A stretch of 60,059 nucleotides of DNA, counting the filler, from Hausera hauseri (Eukaryota), in assembly GCA_046269625.1 (NCBI GenBank). It is 11 parts of 11 records of this genome, joined end to end, with 100 filler letters (N's around TTAATTAATTAA, not from the genome) between each part and the next. Parts side by side here need not be neighbours in the genome. Positions count along the whole stretch, not along the records: positions 26,014 to 30,783 come from JBJURY010442135.1; positions 30,884 to 35,693 come from JBJURY010427697.1; positions 35,794 to 40,625 come from JBJURY010420919.1; 8 more parts are not named here. One strand, given 5' to 3'. The translations under genes were made by a program, and so were the position numbers. The first letter of the stretch is position 1, and each line of letters opens with the position of its first letter. Of the stretch, positions 26,014-38,700 are shown in pieces. The notes under the pieces are model-generated. The model made no database searches. It worked only from the letters and a program-made list of their open reading frames with translations, and was not told the DNA's origin.

Positions 26014-29000
26014 TCGGCTGACGGTAAACTCGGTCTGAGTGTCTACCTGAATGGATTGTCCTGCCTTATTAACAGAGATTCTCTGGATATTCTCGTCTAA
26101 TAACTTTATATCTGGGTTAGTGAATCGTAGCATATCGCTAGGTTTTATTCCATGATGCTTGTACCAAGCAGGTACGACGAATTGGAATTGTGGTTTTGTT
26201 TTATAGATTTTAGATACGTTCCTTAGGTACAGACGATAGGTGATGTTGNNNNNNNNNNAATCTATGTCGCAACATTGCGTATGTTCTCCTGGCTCAAAAT
26301 CAAAATTTTTTGTTTCTTTTTAAAATTTTGAAACCTACCAAAATCGTAGTATGGTTTCCTAGCCTTAAGTCCAACGCATGTGGAGTTAGGCGAGTAATAG
26401 TGAATTGTTATTGATTGTAATAATCTTACATCTCCTTGTCTTTGACTTTCTTCGACTGTTGGTTTCTTTTCCGTTTTAATAGCCTCCAGTCTTTCTTCAT
26501 TTTTCCGAATTCCGTATAAACTTTCTAGTTTAGATTTTTCACGCCCCCATTTAGCTTGTATTCTCGGAATATAAGAAGCAATTAGCGATAATGCTAAAAC
26601 TATTTGAACGTACGATATCGGTCTTGCAAGTACTGAGGAAGTTTTTTTTCGCGTTGGCGTAAATTGTAACGTTTATTGAGTCGTATCTCCGTGTTGACAA
26701 CTCTTTGTATTGACACTACTTCTTCCTTTTCATTCTTGTTGATGTACACTGTGTGCGACGTAACTCAGGTAACTTTGTACGGTCCTCTGCCGATACGAGT
26801 TAATTTTAATGAAGTGCCTTTTTTGGCTACGGGATAGTGTACATAAATCCAATTTCTTTGCTCTAAATCATTCGGTCTTGTCTTCTGCTCATATTGTTTT
26901 TTAAACTGTTCTTGATATTCTCGAGATAGTTCCTTTGCGATCTCCTAATATTTTTGTAATCGTGTCCGTAGTACTTCTGCAAAAATTTGTTCTAAATCTT
27001 CGGGGTTGTCTGTGTATGACGTTATTCGTAAATCCGTTGGTAACACTGCTTCACGTCCATACATCATGCAAAATGGTGTGAATCCTGTCGTTGGATGTGG
27101 TGTGGTATTAATTGCAAATTGGGTTCCTTATAGAAATTCATTTTAATCTTTCTGATCCTTGGCTACCACCGTGGATAATATACGTATGACGGTAGCGTTC
27201 ATTTGCTCGACCATTCCGTTACACTGAGGGTGATATGCGGTAGTGGTCAATCGTTAGATTTTGAATATCTTAGTGATCTTCTCGAATAGTTCGCTAGTGA
27301 AGTTTCTTTCCCGATCTGTGAATATCTGACCTGGAGGTTTGTATCGGCAAATAAGTTTTCTCACTACGGCTTCTGCCAAGGTTTCCGCCTTTTGATCGAT
27401 TAGCGCTATAATTTCGACAAAATGAGTTAATCTGTCAATACAAGTTAAGATATACTTATTGTTCTTGTGAATTGTAGGAAGAGGTCCTACGGTATCCATA
27501 GATATGGCCTACATAGGTCTATGGGGTACATTAATTGATTTTAATTCGGCCATGTAGTTTTTTGTCTTCTTTTTTTTAGTCGCGCTTACTTCGCAGGCAT
27601 TTATCCAGTTCTTTACATTAATATAGATACTAGGCCAAAAATATTTANNNNNNNNNNATGTGTCCGGCTAAACATGAGTCATATTCCAACGTTAGCACTT
27701 TGGTTTGTAACCTTTTGAAATAGCTATCAATTTTCTTCCTTTCCGTTCGTAATATAAAATATCCTCATTGTTGTTGTCATTTAAGACGCAATATTTATGT
27801 CTGTGTCTGTGTATATGTTTCTTTAATTGTCGTTCTTTTGGTATAATGTCTTTTTTAGCAAATTTTATAACCTGCTGAATAACTTTATCCTTTCTTTGTT
27901 TTAAGGAGATTTTGATGGCTTTATCAAGCGCTAAGGCGCATTGGCGATCTACTATTGCCTCAAGTTGGCTTTTCTTCATTACCATGATTGCGCTTGTTTC
28001 AGTCTTTAATCTCGATAGTGCATCGGCATCTACATGCATATTTCCTGACTTATACTGGAATTCGATATTGTATCTCAATATTTCTTCAATCCATCTGTAA
28101 AATCTGCATGTCGGATTATTCGCTCGTTCCTTTAAAGTCGTGACGGCTTTGTGATTAGTAACAATTATAATTTTCTGTTCGTATACGTAAACGTTGAAAT
28201 GTCGAAGTGCTTCCTTTACGTCTAGGGTTTCTACTTCGGTAGAAGAATCATTTTTCTTGGCTTTATTCAAGGAACGTCCTCCATAAGAAATCGGGTGTTC
28301 TAATTCTTTATCTTCTCTTTTCTGCGCTAATTTATGTAAAATGCTTTCTTTACTGGCATCTGTTTTGATTATAAAAAACATGTTGAAGTCTGGGTATCGT
28401 AAAACAGGTTCACTTGTTAATATCTTTTTCATTTCATCGAAAGCTTTCTGTTCGACGTCTGTCCATTTCCGTTTAATTTCTTTTTTAAGTAGCCGGTATA
28501 GAGGTCCACTAATTTTTGAATTATCCGGCACGTACTTTGCGTAATATCTGCATAGTCCTAGCCAGTGCCTTAATTCCTTCTGGTTTTGTGGTTCTATACA
28601 GTCTGATAAATTATTTAATAATGATTTATCTGGCTTTGATCCTACTTCTCTAACTATATGGCCAAGGTAGGATACGGCATTTTGAGCCAATTTCATTTCT
28701 TCGAATTTACTTTCAATCAGGTTTGTTCCAGTCTCATCAATGTATGTTTGATATCCTTTAAATGTTCTTCTTCGGTCCTTGACACTATCATTATGTCATC
28801 TAAGTATGCAAAAGCATAATCCAATCCCATTAACATTTTGTTCATCATTCTTGTAAATATGGATGGTCTGGTAGTAATACCGAACGGCATGACGTTAAAT
28901 TTATAAACACCATCGTGTGTCTTAAATGCTGTCTTATAACGATCTTCACCATCAATCTCCACTTGCCAATATCCGCATTGTAAATTCAGAGTGGTAAACC

Positions 29001-30783
29001 ATTTTGCTCTTGAGAGTATGCCAAATCCTCTTTCATTTACGGTAATGAGAAGGAATCTTTTATCATAAGATTATCTAAGGCTCTGTAGTCAATAAAAATC
29101 GATGTTTTGTGGTACCTTTCTTTTTAACCATGAGGATTGACGAATACCAAGATCTATAACTAGGCCTAATAATATTGGCCTTAAGCATTCCTTCGACTTC
29201 TTTCGTTATTTCGGGTCTTAGTAAATGTGGCGGAGGGTACCATTTTGGCATCTTTTGGTCTTCCAAGTCTATTTCTTCGTTCGAACCAGGCTTTTTCTTA
29301 AGTGGAATAATCAATTTCAATGCTTTTGCTCTACCGATATCTTCTTTGTCTTTAGCGATAATCGATTTGTAGCGGCACAATAATTCGTAGAATCGACAAT
29401 AAGATTCAGGGGCGAACTTAGTTTCAACGTGAGGTAGAAATTCGGCATACTTATACGGATTTTCTTCAACAGTTACTGACAACACCCTATATGTATCTCC
29501 TAGAGTGGTATAGGTATAAAGCTTGACAGGAGTTGGTGCATTATTTGATATTCTGATCGGTACACGACCGGAGTGTACTCTTGTCAGTACGTTACTGAGC
29601 GTTATATTTTATTCAATGTCTCTCTTGGTTTGAAATATACCGGTTGATCGTCATCTTGCTGAATTTGCCCGTGAATTATCACTTTTGTTCTCGGTGGAAT
29701 ATCTTCGTCTACGGGAATCCGTATCTCTCCAAATTTTCTATCCTTAGCGTTTTTCACGCATTTATTTGGCGTGATTTCTATTAATTTCCCTATCTGTAAG
29801 TCGATTGCTATATTTGGTAATCTTTGCAGTAAATCACATACTAGAACTACGTCGTCAGTTAATTGCTCCATAACTGAAAATTCGTGATGGAAAAACTGTC
29901 CAACTATTTGAACTTCTGGGTTCCATTTGAACATCGGTTTCGACATTTGACCAAGAGCTCCTGTACTTCCTGGATCGTTCATTGACGGTGGATATAAATA
30001 TCCTCTTAGCGTTTGAGGTATTAAACCATTTTTGACGTAAGACATCTCAAAACCTGTATCAATTAACGCATAAACTTCCCAGTCTTCGATAACTATTTTA
30101 GCGAAAGGTCTTCATTCTATTACTGTTCCGAAGCAGTTTGATGCTACTTTTGGGCGTTTAGTCACCGATATTTTATGTCCACTGATTCGGATTTCTGGGG
30201 AGGATACTATGTTTTCCGCCAGCTGCCTTAATTCTCCATTTGGATATAGTTCATTATTTTCGATATTTAATTCTGCCACTTCATGAGTAGTAATTAACGG
30301 TTCTCGATTGTTATTGTGTAATTCGGTATTCTGGAAGGTTCTTAACCTCGGACTGTCCCACACCGTTGATCTAGTTTCTATATTCCGAGGTTCTCTGGGG
30401 AAATACAACAACTTGGGATCGTCCGTGGATTGTCGATAACACATTTTCCGGAGGATCCCATATCGTTTCGTTCATTTATAAGGGTCCTCTACATTAATTG
30501 TCCTTTTATGAATTTCCGTCTGATATGAACTCATGGATCGTTTGTCACAGTCTTCATAGAATGGAACAGTAGGAGGTAGCATAGGCGCTTTGATGGCAGA
30601 ATATGTCTTATGTCTGTTTATTCTTGAAAGTGTTTCTCCTCCCTTAGGCTCGTCATTGTCTGAATTATTTCTTTGCGTATTATGTTTTATGAATTTTCGC
30701 TTGTACAAAAACGTAGGCCTTCCTTTCCTTTTACGATGATAATATCCGACATGGCGCTCTACGTCCGTTTTCCATGTGTTCTC
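26014..30783 (-). mobile_element. Family B copy 1: glycoprotein tail - PR - RT - RNase H - IN - post-IN secreted-type domain (decayed)
   Basis: WKTDVERHVGYY tail shared with contigs 7 and 8; LIDTGF; GYWQV and AYLDD; IKTDAS; MDTVGPLP; GPYKV; then RPISYVQIVLALSLIASYIP. Confidence 0.9.
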
Positions 30784-30883
30784 NNNNNNNNNNNNNNNNN
30801 NNNNNNNNNNNNNNNNNNNNNNNNNNNTTAATTAATTAANNNNNNNNNNNNNNNNNNNNNNNNNNNNNNNNNNNNNNNNNNNN

Positions 30884-33800
30884 TCTCATAAAGGAAGGAA
30901 GAAAGGTAATAAGAAAATAATTGACGTAGAGATTGGATCAAGAGAAACGTCAACAGAGAGGGACGAGGTAGTGAAAGGAAAGAAAAGAGGAAGAAAGAAG
31001 AGTACCTTAGTACACCCTCATTGGACGAAGATGAACCTGAAGCTACACCAATATTTGATGAAGTTATATCAGATCAAGTAGTAAGGAACCCAGGTGTAGA
31101 CTTAGACGAGGAGGAGGATATCAATCAGGCAGTATTGGCTGTAGACCCCGGTAATATAATTAATGTGGATAAAACGACTACTACGATATTGAAGATAATT
31201 ACCAGTAACGTAACGATAGAAGGAATAAACGAAATCTTACCTCAATTGGTATTATTAGACCAAGATGCCAGTCCTGTCAGAGAAATAGCCAGGACAGTAT
31301 TGGTTAAGCCGTAGAAGATGAGAAAGGCAAAAATGAAGCTATACGAATAACGGTAAGAGAAGGAAACCAGGACATGAGGGTCATCAGGATGAATGAAATT
31401 GATGACGTACAAACTTTAAGACAAAAGATTGAGGAGTTGGAGCCTTTTTATCAAGGGATTCCTTATGGATTACATTATTATGGAAGAACACTATATAATT
31501 ACGATAAGTTATTGAGAATTGGATATAGAAGTGAGAACTACAATCCAATAACGATAACCGAAATACATCTAGAGGCAAGAACACAGGCAACAGTGGAGAA
31601 TATCCTAAGGGAAATTAAACCACAGGAAGTACGAAATGCCATGGGTGATACACATGATGTCACAGTTCATACGGAAGCCAAGAGAAGAGGTAGGCCGAAA
31701 GGGACAAAAATAAGTGACATTTGTAACAGAAAAGATAGGAACGAAGAAATAGTAAGACGTTTGTTATTAGCAGGAACAAATGGCAGTCCTGAATCGGTGG
31801 ATATAGATCCATTACTAAGAACGTTATTGGCTAAGCTGCATACGTCATTTGCCTCATTTGACATGCAGGCAATAATCCCAGACGAACTGTTCACAACGTT
31901 ACGTAATAATATGCTACGAATAAGTAGGCAATTCTATGAGAATTTAAATGAAGAACGGATAAATGAACTGCATGAGCTGGATAGTTTGGAAAAAATATTT
32001 CCAACTGGAATTACGCGAGAGAAAGCTCAAACGGCTATATCTTATCTACTATACAAAATAATAGTAATTAATCATAAGACACAAAATTTAGAAGAGATTG
32101 AGCGGAATATAAGGACAGCAGTAAAGATTTTGAAAGATACGTTAGGAAACTGGGCTCAATGTAGAGGCGGATGGCTAACCAGCCTGCCGACTAATATAAT
32201 AAGGCCAGTAGAACGAGAAAGATTGACAGATACGCCAACTGCGACACAACCAAACACTTCTAGACCAGGCATAACAGGTATGTAAATACTAGAGATTTTT
32301 CAAGTTCTCCTAATAACATCATAACAGGATGCTCATACATAATAAAAGGATGCTCATGGAAAATCATAATAGCTATAATACCCTCAGTAGCAAGTTGTTT
32401 TCTAGCAAACCACGATGCACGATGGAAAAGGAAAAGATTACAAAGGAAGGATGTAAAAGAATCTCCGTATAGTGTACCTGATGATGACGATACAGAATAT
32501 AGTCAAGTAAAAGCAAAGAAACGAGAAGCTGCAATCAAACAACTAATGCTGAAGACACGGAAGCTAATAACGGACTTACCCCGTCTAGATCATGTGGATG
32601 GATATCATGGACAGTTATATAATGAACAACCATTAATAAATCCTTCAGCTCCCCGATACGTAGTACAAACAGGACTATATCCTATACATCAAGTGCAACA
32701 GATGAAACAAAATTCTGATGAAACACGAATCTACGTATACAGTTGACGATAAAAACGAACGACAGCCACCTATAATACCAGAAGTAGAAATAGAAGTGAA
32801 TGGATATCCAATGACGGCTCTACTAGACACTGGATCCACAACAACAATAATGGGAAGAATCCAATTGCCAAAGCAGTTAAAAAGAAAACCACGTATACCA
32901 ACAACTACCTTGGTAAATGTAGGCGTATTCGGCACAGAGGAAGAAATCAAGTTGGTCTTAGATTCCGAAATCAAGATCGGTGAACAAATTTTGAAACATA
33001 CTATAAGAATAGCAGATAATCTGACTAAAGAAATTTTAATTGGGTGCGATATACTAAACCAATTGGAAAATGTTCATATAGATGTGAAAACTTGACAACT
33101 CAAGACGTTCAATGAAGATCGTAACGAGGGAATGGTTTCGCTAGCAAGAGACATCACGATTCCACCACGATGCGAGATAGTGGTGCCTGGAAAAATAGAA
33201 AGTCGTGTCGTACCAGAGATTATATATTTTGAACCGTCCCCACAGGTTATGGAAAAATATGAAGTTCTAATTGCCCCTCACGTGGATAAAGTAAGAGATG
33301 GAAAGATCCACTTACGAATCTGTAATACAACAAAGAAAAACGATTACGGAAGGGTACTAGACTGGGAAAAATAACGATCACTTAAGAAATAATAAAAGAA
33401 GAAATCTGCTCAATAATATCAGATGTAGATAAAATAGAAAAGATAATGACCGCCAAAGTGAAAACCAGACGAAGATAAAAGAAGAAATAAAACCACGAAC
33501 ATCGATTGGAACGAGAGGTTACAAAAATGCGAAATTATAAGTAAGAAAGAGAAGGAAATGTAATTGAATTGTTGGAAAAGAATAATAGTCGATTTGCACA
33601 AACTGATAATGATTTAGGCACAAAGAAAATAATACAGCATAACATTAAGTTAAAGGACGGACACGACAAGCCAATTAAGAAAAGAGCATACCGATTAGCA
33701 TACAATAAAAACAGGAAGAACGTAAGATAATAAAAGAAATGAGGGAAAATAAGATAATTCGACCGAGTTGCTCCCCATGGACAACGCCAGTGGTAATGGT

Positions 33801-35693
33801 TAAAAAGACGGAACTGAGATTCTGTATAGACTATAGAGCCTTGAACGAAATAACAAAGATGGATACATATCCCTTACCAAGAATTGACGAGATAATAGAT
33901 AAACTACACGGATAGACCATATTCACAACCATCGATCTACAAAAGGGTTATTGGCAAGTGGAGGTTAAAGAAGAAGATAAACCAAAGCCAGCCTTCTCAA
34001 TTGGAGAAGGGTTATGGGAGTTTAATAGAATGCCCTTTGGATTAAAGAATGGACCGCCAACGTTTCAGAGAAGAACAAATCTCCTGCTGTTAGATGCCCC
34101 ACATGCAATGGTATATATCGATGATGTAATAATAGCATCACCAAATTTTCAAGAAAATCTAAGGGATCTACAAGACCTCTTAGATAGATGTGAAATAATG
34201 GGTTTAAAAATAAATCCAAAGAAATGTTCATTTGCTTAAGCAGAAGTAGATTTCCTCGGACATAGAGTAGATAAGCATGGCGTAAAACCTCAAGACAAGC
34301 TTTTAGGAAAAATAAGAGATTTTCCAAAGTCAGGTACAGTTAAAGAATTACGTCAATTTTTAGGTTTAGCAAACTATTACCAAAGACTCATAAAGGATTT
34401 TAGCAAAATCGCGAAACCTTTGTATGAATTATTACGTGAAGATCTAGATAAAGTAATCTGGACAAATGAATGTCAAAAAGCTTTTGAATATTTAAAAGAT
34501 AGACTATTAAAGGCTCCTATATTAATTTATCCGGACATAACCAAACCATTTATTTTGGCAACAGACGCAAGTGATTATGGAGTAGGAGCAGTATTATCAC
34601 AAAAGGGCAAAGATGGAAAAGAACACCCAGTAGCTTATGCTTCACGAAAACTTAATAAGCATCAGAAGAAATATGCCGTAATAGAAAGAGTTATCAGAAG
34701 TAATTTTTGCCTTGGAAGTATTCTCACAATATATTAGTGAAAATAAACCTCTCTTGATCTATACGTATCATAGACCGCTTCAATGGCTAAAACAGCATGA
34801 AAATCCCAACAGCAGACTACTACGGTTGGCTCTAAAGTTACAACCCTATACATTGAATTTCCAGTATAAGCCTGGATCGCGAAATGCCAATGCCGACTAC
34901 TTATCGAGAATACCTGACAAGTCAGAAACAAAAAGGCACTAGTCGCAGCCGTATGGAGTATGGATGGATCAATCGAGAAAATTAAGACGAATTAAAAAGA
35001 AGACGTTGAAATAAGGCCCATTAGAAAGTACATAAAAGACAAATTCATACCAGTTTACAGAGAGCTAACCCGTCACCTGGCTCGATTAAGCAAAGCTTAT
35101 GAGGAAAAAAAAGGATTTCTACACTTTATTAATCAAAACGGACCTGCGTTAGTAATTCCTAAGAAAAATAGAGCAGTTCTACTGACGCAATTCATGATGG
35201 ATTACTTAGAGGACACCAATCGACCAATAAGACACTAAACAAGCTAAAACGGAAATACTTTTGGCCAACGATAACGAAAGATGTACAGGAATGGTGCAAG
35301 AGCTGCAAGCTTTGTGCAACCCGAAAAAACAGGATCAAAATTCAAAGTACCCCTAAAGGTATGGGACAACCCTCCAGCGCCATTCGAGTTTACCGCAATG
35401 GATATAACGGGACCATTACCATTGACTAGGAATGGAAACAAATATATCTTGGTCTTCATCGACTATTTCACCAGATGGGTGGTTGCCCTACCAATGCATG
35501 ATACGAAGGCAGACACAATCGCTGAGAGATTTCTGGAAAATATAGTATTTAATTTTGGAGCTACAAGAATCCACTTGACCGATCAAGCGTCAAATTTAAC
35601 TGGAACTGTAATGCAGTCATTATACGACATCTTGAAGATATTGAAATTACGATCCACGCCGGGACATCTGGAGAATAATGGAATGGCTGAGAG
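30884..35693 (+). mobile_element. Family A copy 2: Ubl/AT-hook/helical region - glycoprotein deleted - PR - RT - RNase H - IN
   Basis: Collinear with and very similar to contig 2 (DIDPLLRTLLAKLHTSF, LLDTGS, YIDD, TDASDYG, MDITGPLP), but lacks about 1.7 kb of glycoprotein. Confidence 0.92.
31341..32285 (+). CDS. N-terminal polyprotein segment: ubiquitin-like domain (about 31341-31572), AT-hook (RRGRPK), helical domain
   Basis: Open frame IRITVREGNQDMRVIRMNEIDDVQTLRQKIEELE..GIP..LHYYGRTL...; homologous segments in contigs 2 and 7. Confidence 0.6.
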   Translation: MRITVREGNQDMRVIRMNEIDDVQTLRQKIEELEPFYQGIPYGLHYYGRTLYNYDKLLRIGYRSENYNPITITEIHLEARTQATVENILREIKPQEVRNAMGDTHDVTVHTEAKRRGRPKGTKISDICNRKDRNEEIVRRLLLAGTNGSPESVDIDPLLRTLLAKLHTSFASFDMQAIIPDELFTTLRNNMLRISRQFYENLNEERINELHELDSLEKIFPTGITREKAQTAISYLLYKIIVINHKTQNLEEIERNIRTAVKILKDTLGNWAQCRGGWLTSLPTNIIRPVERERLTDTPTATQPNTSRPGITGM

Positions 35694-35793
35694 NNNNNNN
35701 NNNNNNNNNNNNNNNNNNNNNNNNNNNNNNNNNNNNNTTAATTAATTAANNNNNNNNNNNNNNNNNNNNNNNNNNNNNNNNNNNNNNNNNNNN

Positions 35794-38700
35794 AACAAAG
35801 TAATTCGTAAAATCGGCAGTATGATTCGGGCAAATTTAATTGTAATGTAGGGTGGAAATTCGGTACATTTATAAGGTTTCTCTTGAATAGTGACTGACGA
35901 GGCTCTATACGTTTGTCCCAAAGTAGTATTGGCATATAGTTTGATCGAAGTGGGCGCATTATTCGCTATCCTGATCGGTACACGCCCTGTTGACACCTTC
36001 GTTAAAATATTACTGAGTACGATGTTTGGATTAAGCGATTCCTTTGGCTCAAAATATACTGGCTGATCGTCATCTTGACGTATCTGAGCATATATTAATA
36101 TTTCGATTCTGAGATGTATGTTTTCATCCACGGGAATTCACACCTCTCCGAAATTTCTGTCTTTAGTGGTTTTAACTCCTTTTATTAAGTTAAGTTCTAT
36201 CAATTTCCATGCATTGAAATCTATCGCTATGTTGGGTAGTTGTCTCAATAGGTCGCACCCTAATACTACATCATCCGCTAATTGTTCCATTATTGAGAAT
36301 TCGTGATGAAAAGATTGTCCCATTATATGAATTTCTGGTCTCCATCGGAATGTGCTTTTAGACGATTGACCGAAAGCTCATACACTTCCTGGGTCTGTTG
36401 TGGGAGGTGAATATAATTGTTTCCGTAGGAATTGCGGTATTGAATCATACTTTATCAGTAATATTTCGGATTCTATATTTAACAGTGCGTAAACTTCCCA
36501 ATCTTCCAATTGAATTTTTCGAAGGGCCTACCTTCAATTACCGTACCGTAATAACTTAGTGCTATTTGGGAGTATCGTATCGTGGACACCTTGTAGCGGT
36601 TGACGGTAACTTCTGTGGCTCCAACTGTCTGATCGATTAATTGTCTTAACTCTCCAATTGGGTATAGTTCGTTATTCAGACCATTCGCGTTTTCTAATTT
36701 CTGTTTTTCAACTGGCGGCTGGATTTTTTGGTTTTTGAAATGGTGTGTTTCGCGGCCTCCAGTAAATGTTGAATGCCTTTCGTTTGTTCTAGGTATTCTA
36801 GGTGAATAAATTATACCGTGATCGTCGACTGCTGATTGACAATGCGGGGCAGACGTTTTTCTGTTTTGTGGATCTTACGCAATATCCCGTAGTGTTTTGT
36901 TCCTTCGTAAGGATCCTCTAGACTAAACGGCTTCCGATAGACCCCTGTCTGGCACGAACTCATAGATTGTTACTCACAGTCTTTATATATAGGTGCCGTT
37001 GGCGGCAGTATTGATAATGGTAATTTCATAACAGAGTAGTTTTTGTGCCTATTCGTTTTGGAGACAACGTCTCCTCCATTAGACTCGTCATCGTCAGAGT
37101 TATTTCTTCTTGTCTTACTATCTATTACGTTTTGCCTGTAATCGAATATGCGTCTTTTACGTTTTCGATTATAGTAGCCAACGTGTCGTTTCACATCCGT
37201 TTTCTATCTAATCTCTTCATAAGCATTTAAGAATTTACCGAGAGGTGTTATAATAGCTGTTAGAATCTTACACAAGAATCCTGTCAAAGTGAATATCCCG
37301 TATTCATTTATAATCGCTTGAATTATTGCTTTGATCAGTTGAATCAAGAAATAAATTGCTAGGAATCCTGACGCGGCTTGTCCAATTATCAGGAATCTTC
37401 CAATATTTTATACAATATTCCCGTAGTTACTTTTCGGTAGAAGTTAACACCGAGCAAAGATTCCAATTTCGCTTGATGTCGCGAGTCCTCTAGTATTGTA
37501 TGCTTCGCTTTGTTTAATTTATGTCTGCGTTGACGGAGAAAAGCGAGGAATTATCTGAACGCCTCCACGTCTTTCGGTCGATAAATGCCCTTTGCGGCTG
37601 TATCTTGAAATTTATCATCGGTTATTACTTTTATTAAGTTTGTTTCTGTTAGCTTGGTCGGTGGCGTAATTATGCCGCCGTTTGGAAAACTTACCCAGCG
37701 ACGTCTGAACATTGGTTCTCCCAGGTTGGTCTTGCAGTCTCTCAGAATTGTCGGTTAAGTAGAGTTTGCCAACAGTACTCTAGTAATTGTTGTTACTAGT
37801 CTTGGTACGTCTTGGTATATTACTGGAAGTTCCTGTATACACCTCTTCTCTTCCACATTAATAGGTACATCTTTTTGATATTCATAGGTCAGTAGGACTT
37901 CTCCGGTTACCCGTCCGAAAACGCCTTCTTCGGAATTATTGGTGACGCTAATTCGGGGTTAGCATATATTAAAGCCAGTTTAGTCCTCATGACTATCAAG
38001 TCCAATTTGCAGTCATTTGTTATCATTTTGTGATATAACTCGGCTATTCGAGCTTGTACTTTATAGTAGAAATAGTCGTCTCTATTTTTCAAATAATCCT
38101 CAATTCGAATATCTTGAGTCTCGAGCTTAAACGTCCTGGCGTTTATCTTCGTCTCAGCTACACAGAATGCTTCACAATTGGTGGCGTACATTATGACATC
38201 GCATCTTGTGATTACATCTTCACAAATTTTAATCCATAAGTATCAGAAATCAGTATAGTAGGTGTGGACTGTTCGGCTACATTTCGTGTTAGAGTTGTTT
38301 CCGTGCTACTTATGTATTGTTTCCCTGTAGTCTCATTAAATTTAAGTTCTTTAATTCTGATAAAATTGCAATCGGTCTTGGCTGGGGGTTCCCAAATTAC
38401 CACGGAGCTTCTAAAAGAGCAAGTACTGTCCTGAATGTGGCACTTCTGGTTTTCCGTGTAAAGTTTAGTAACGCTATGGAACATTACTTTTTGTAGGCGC
38501 ATCTCGGTTTTGTAAAAATCCACCACTACGATGTTCGACTCCAGCCCTTTTCCAGTATCGTATTCTGCGCCATTACAATGTCCGGTGTGCATATCTAGTT
38601 TTCCAGCTGCCACTTTATATACTCTGATTATCTTTCTTTGTTGCATTTCTAATTCCATGCCATCCCATTTTAATCTTCCAGTCTCTCTAGCTTGCTTACA

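Noticed and set aside
33132-33374. dUTPase after the protease
   Set aside because: A beta-rich linker of this kind is common in Gypsy Pol, and I cannot see the conserved dUTPase motifs.
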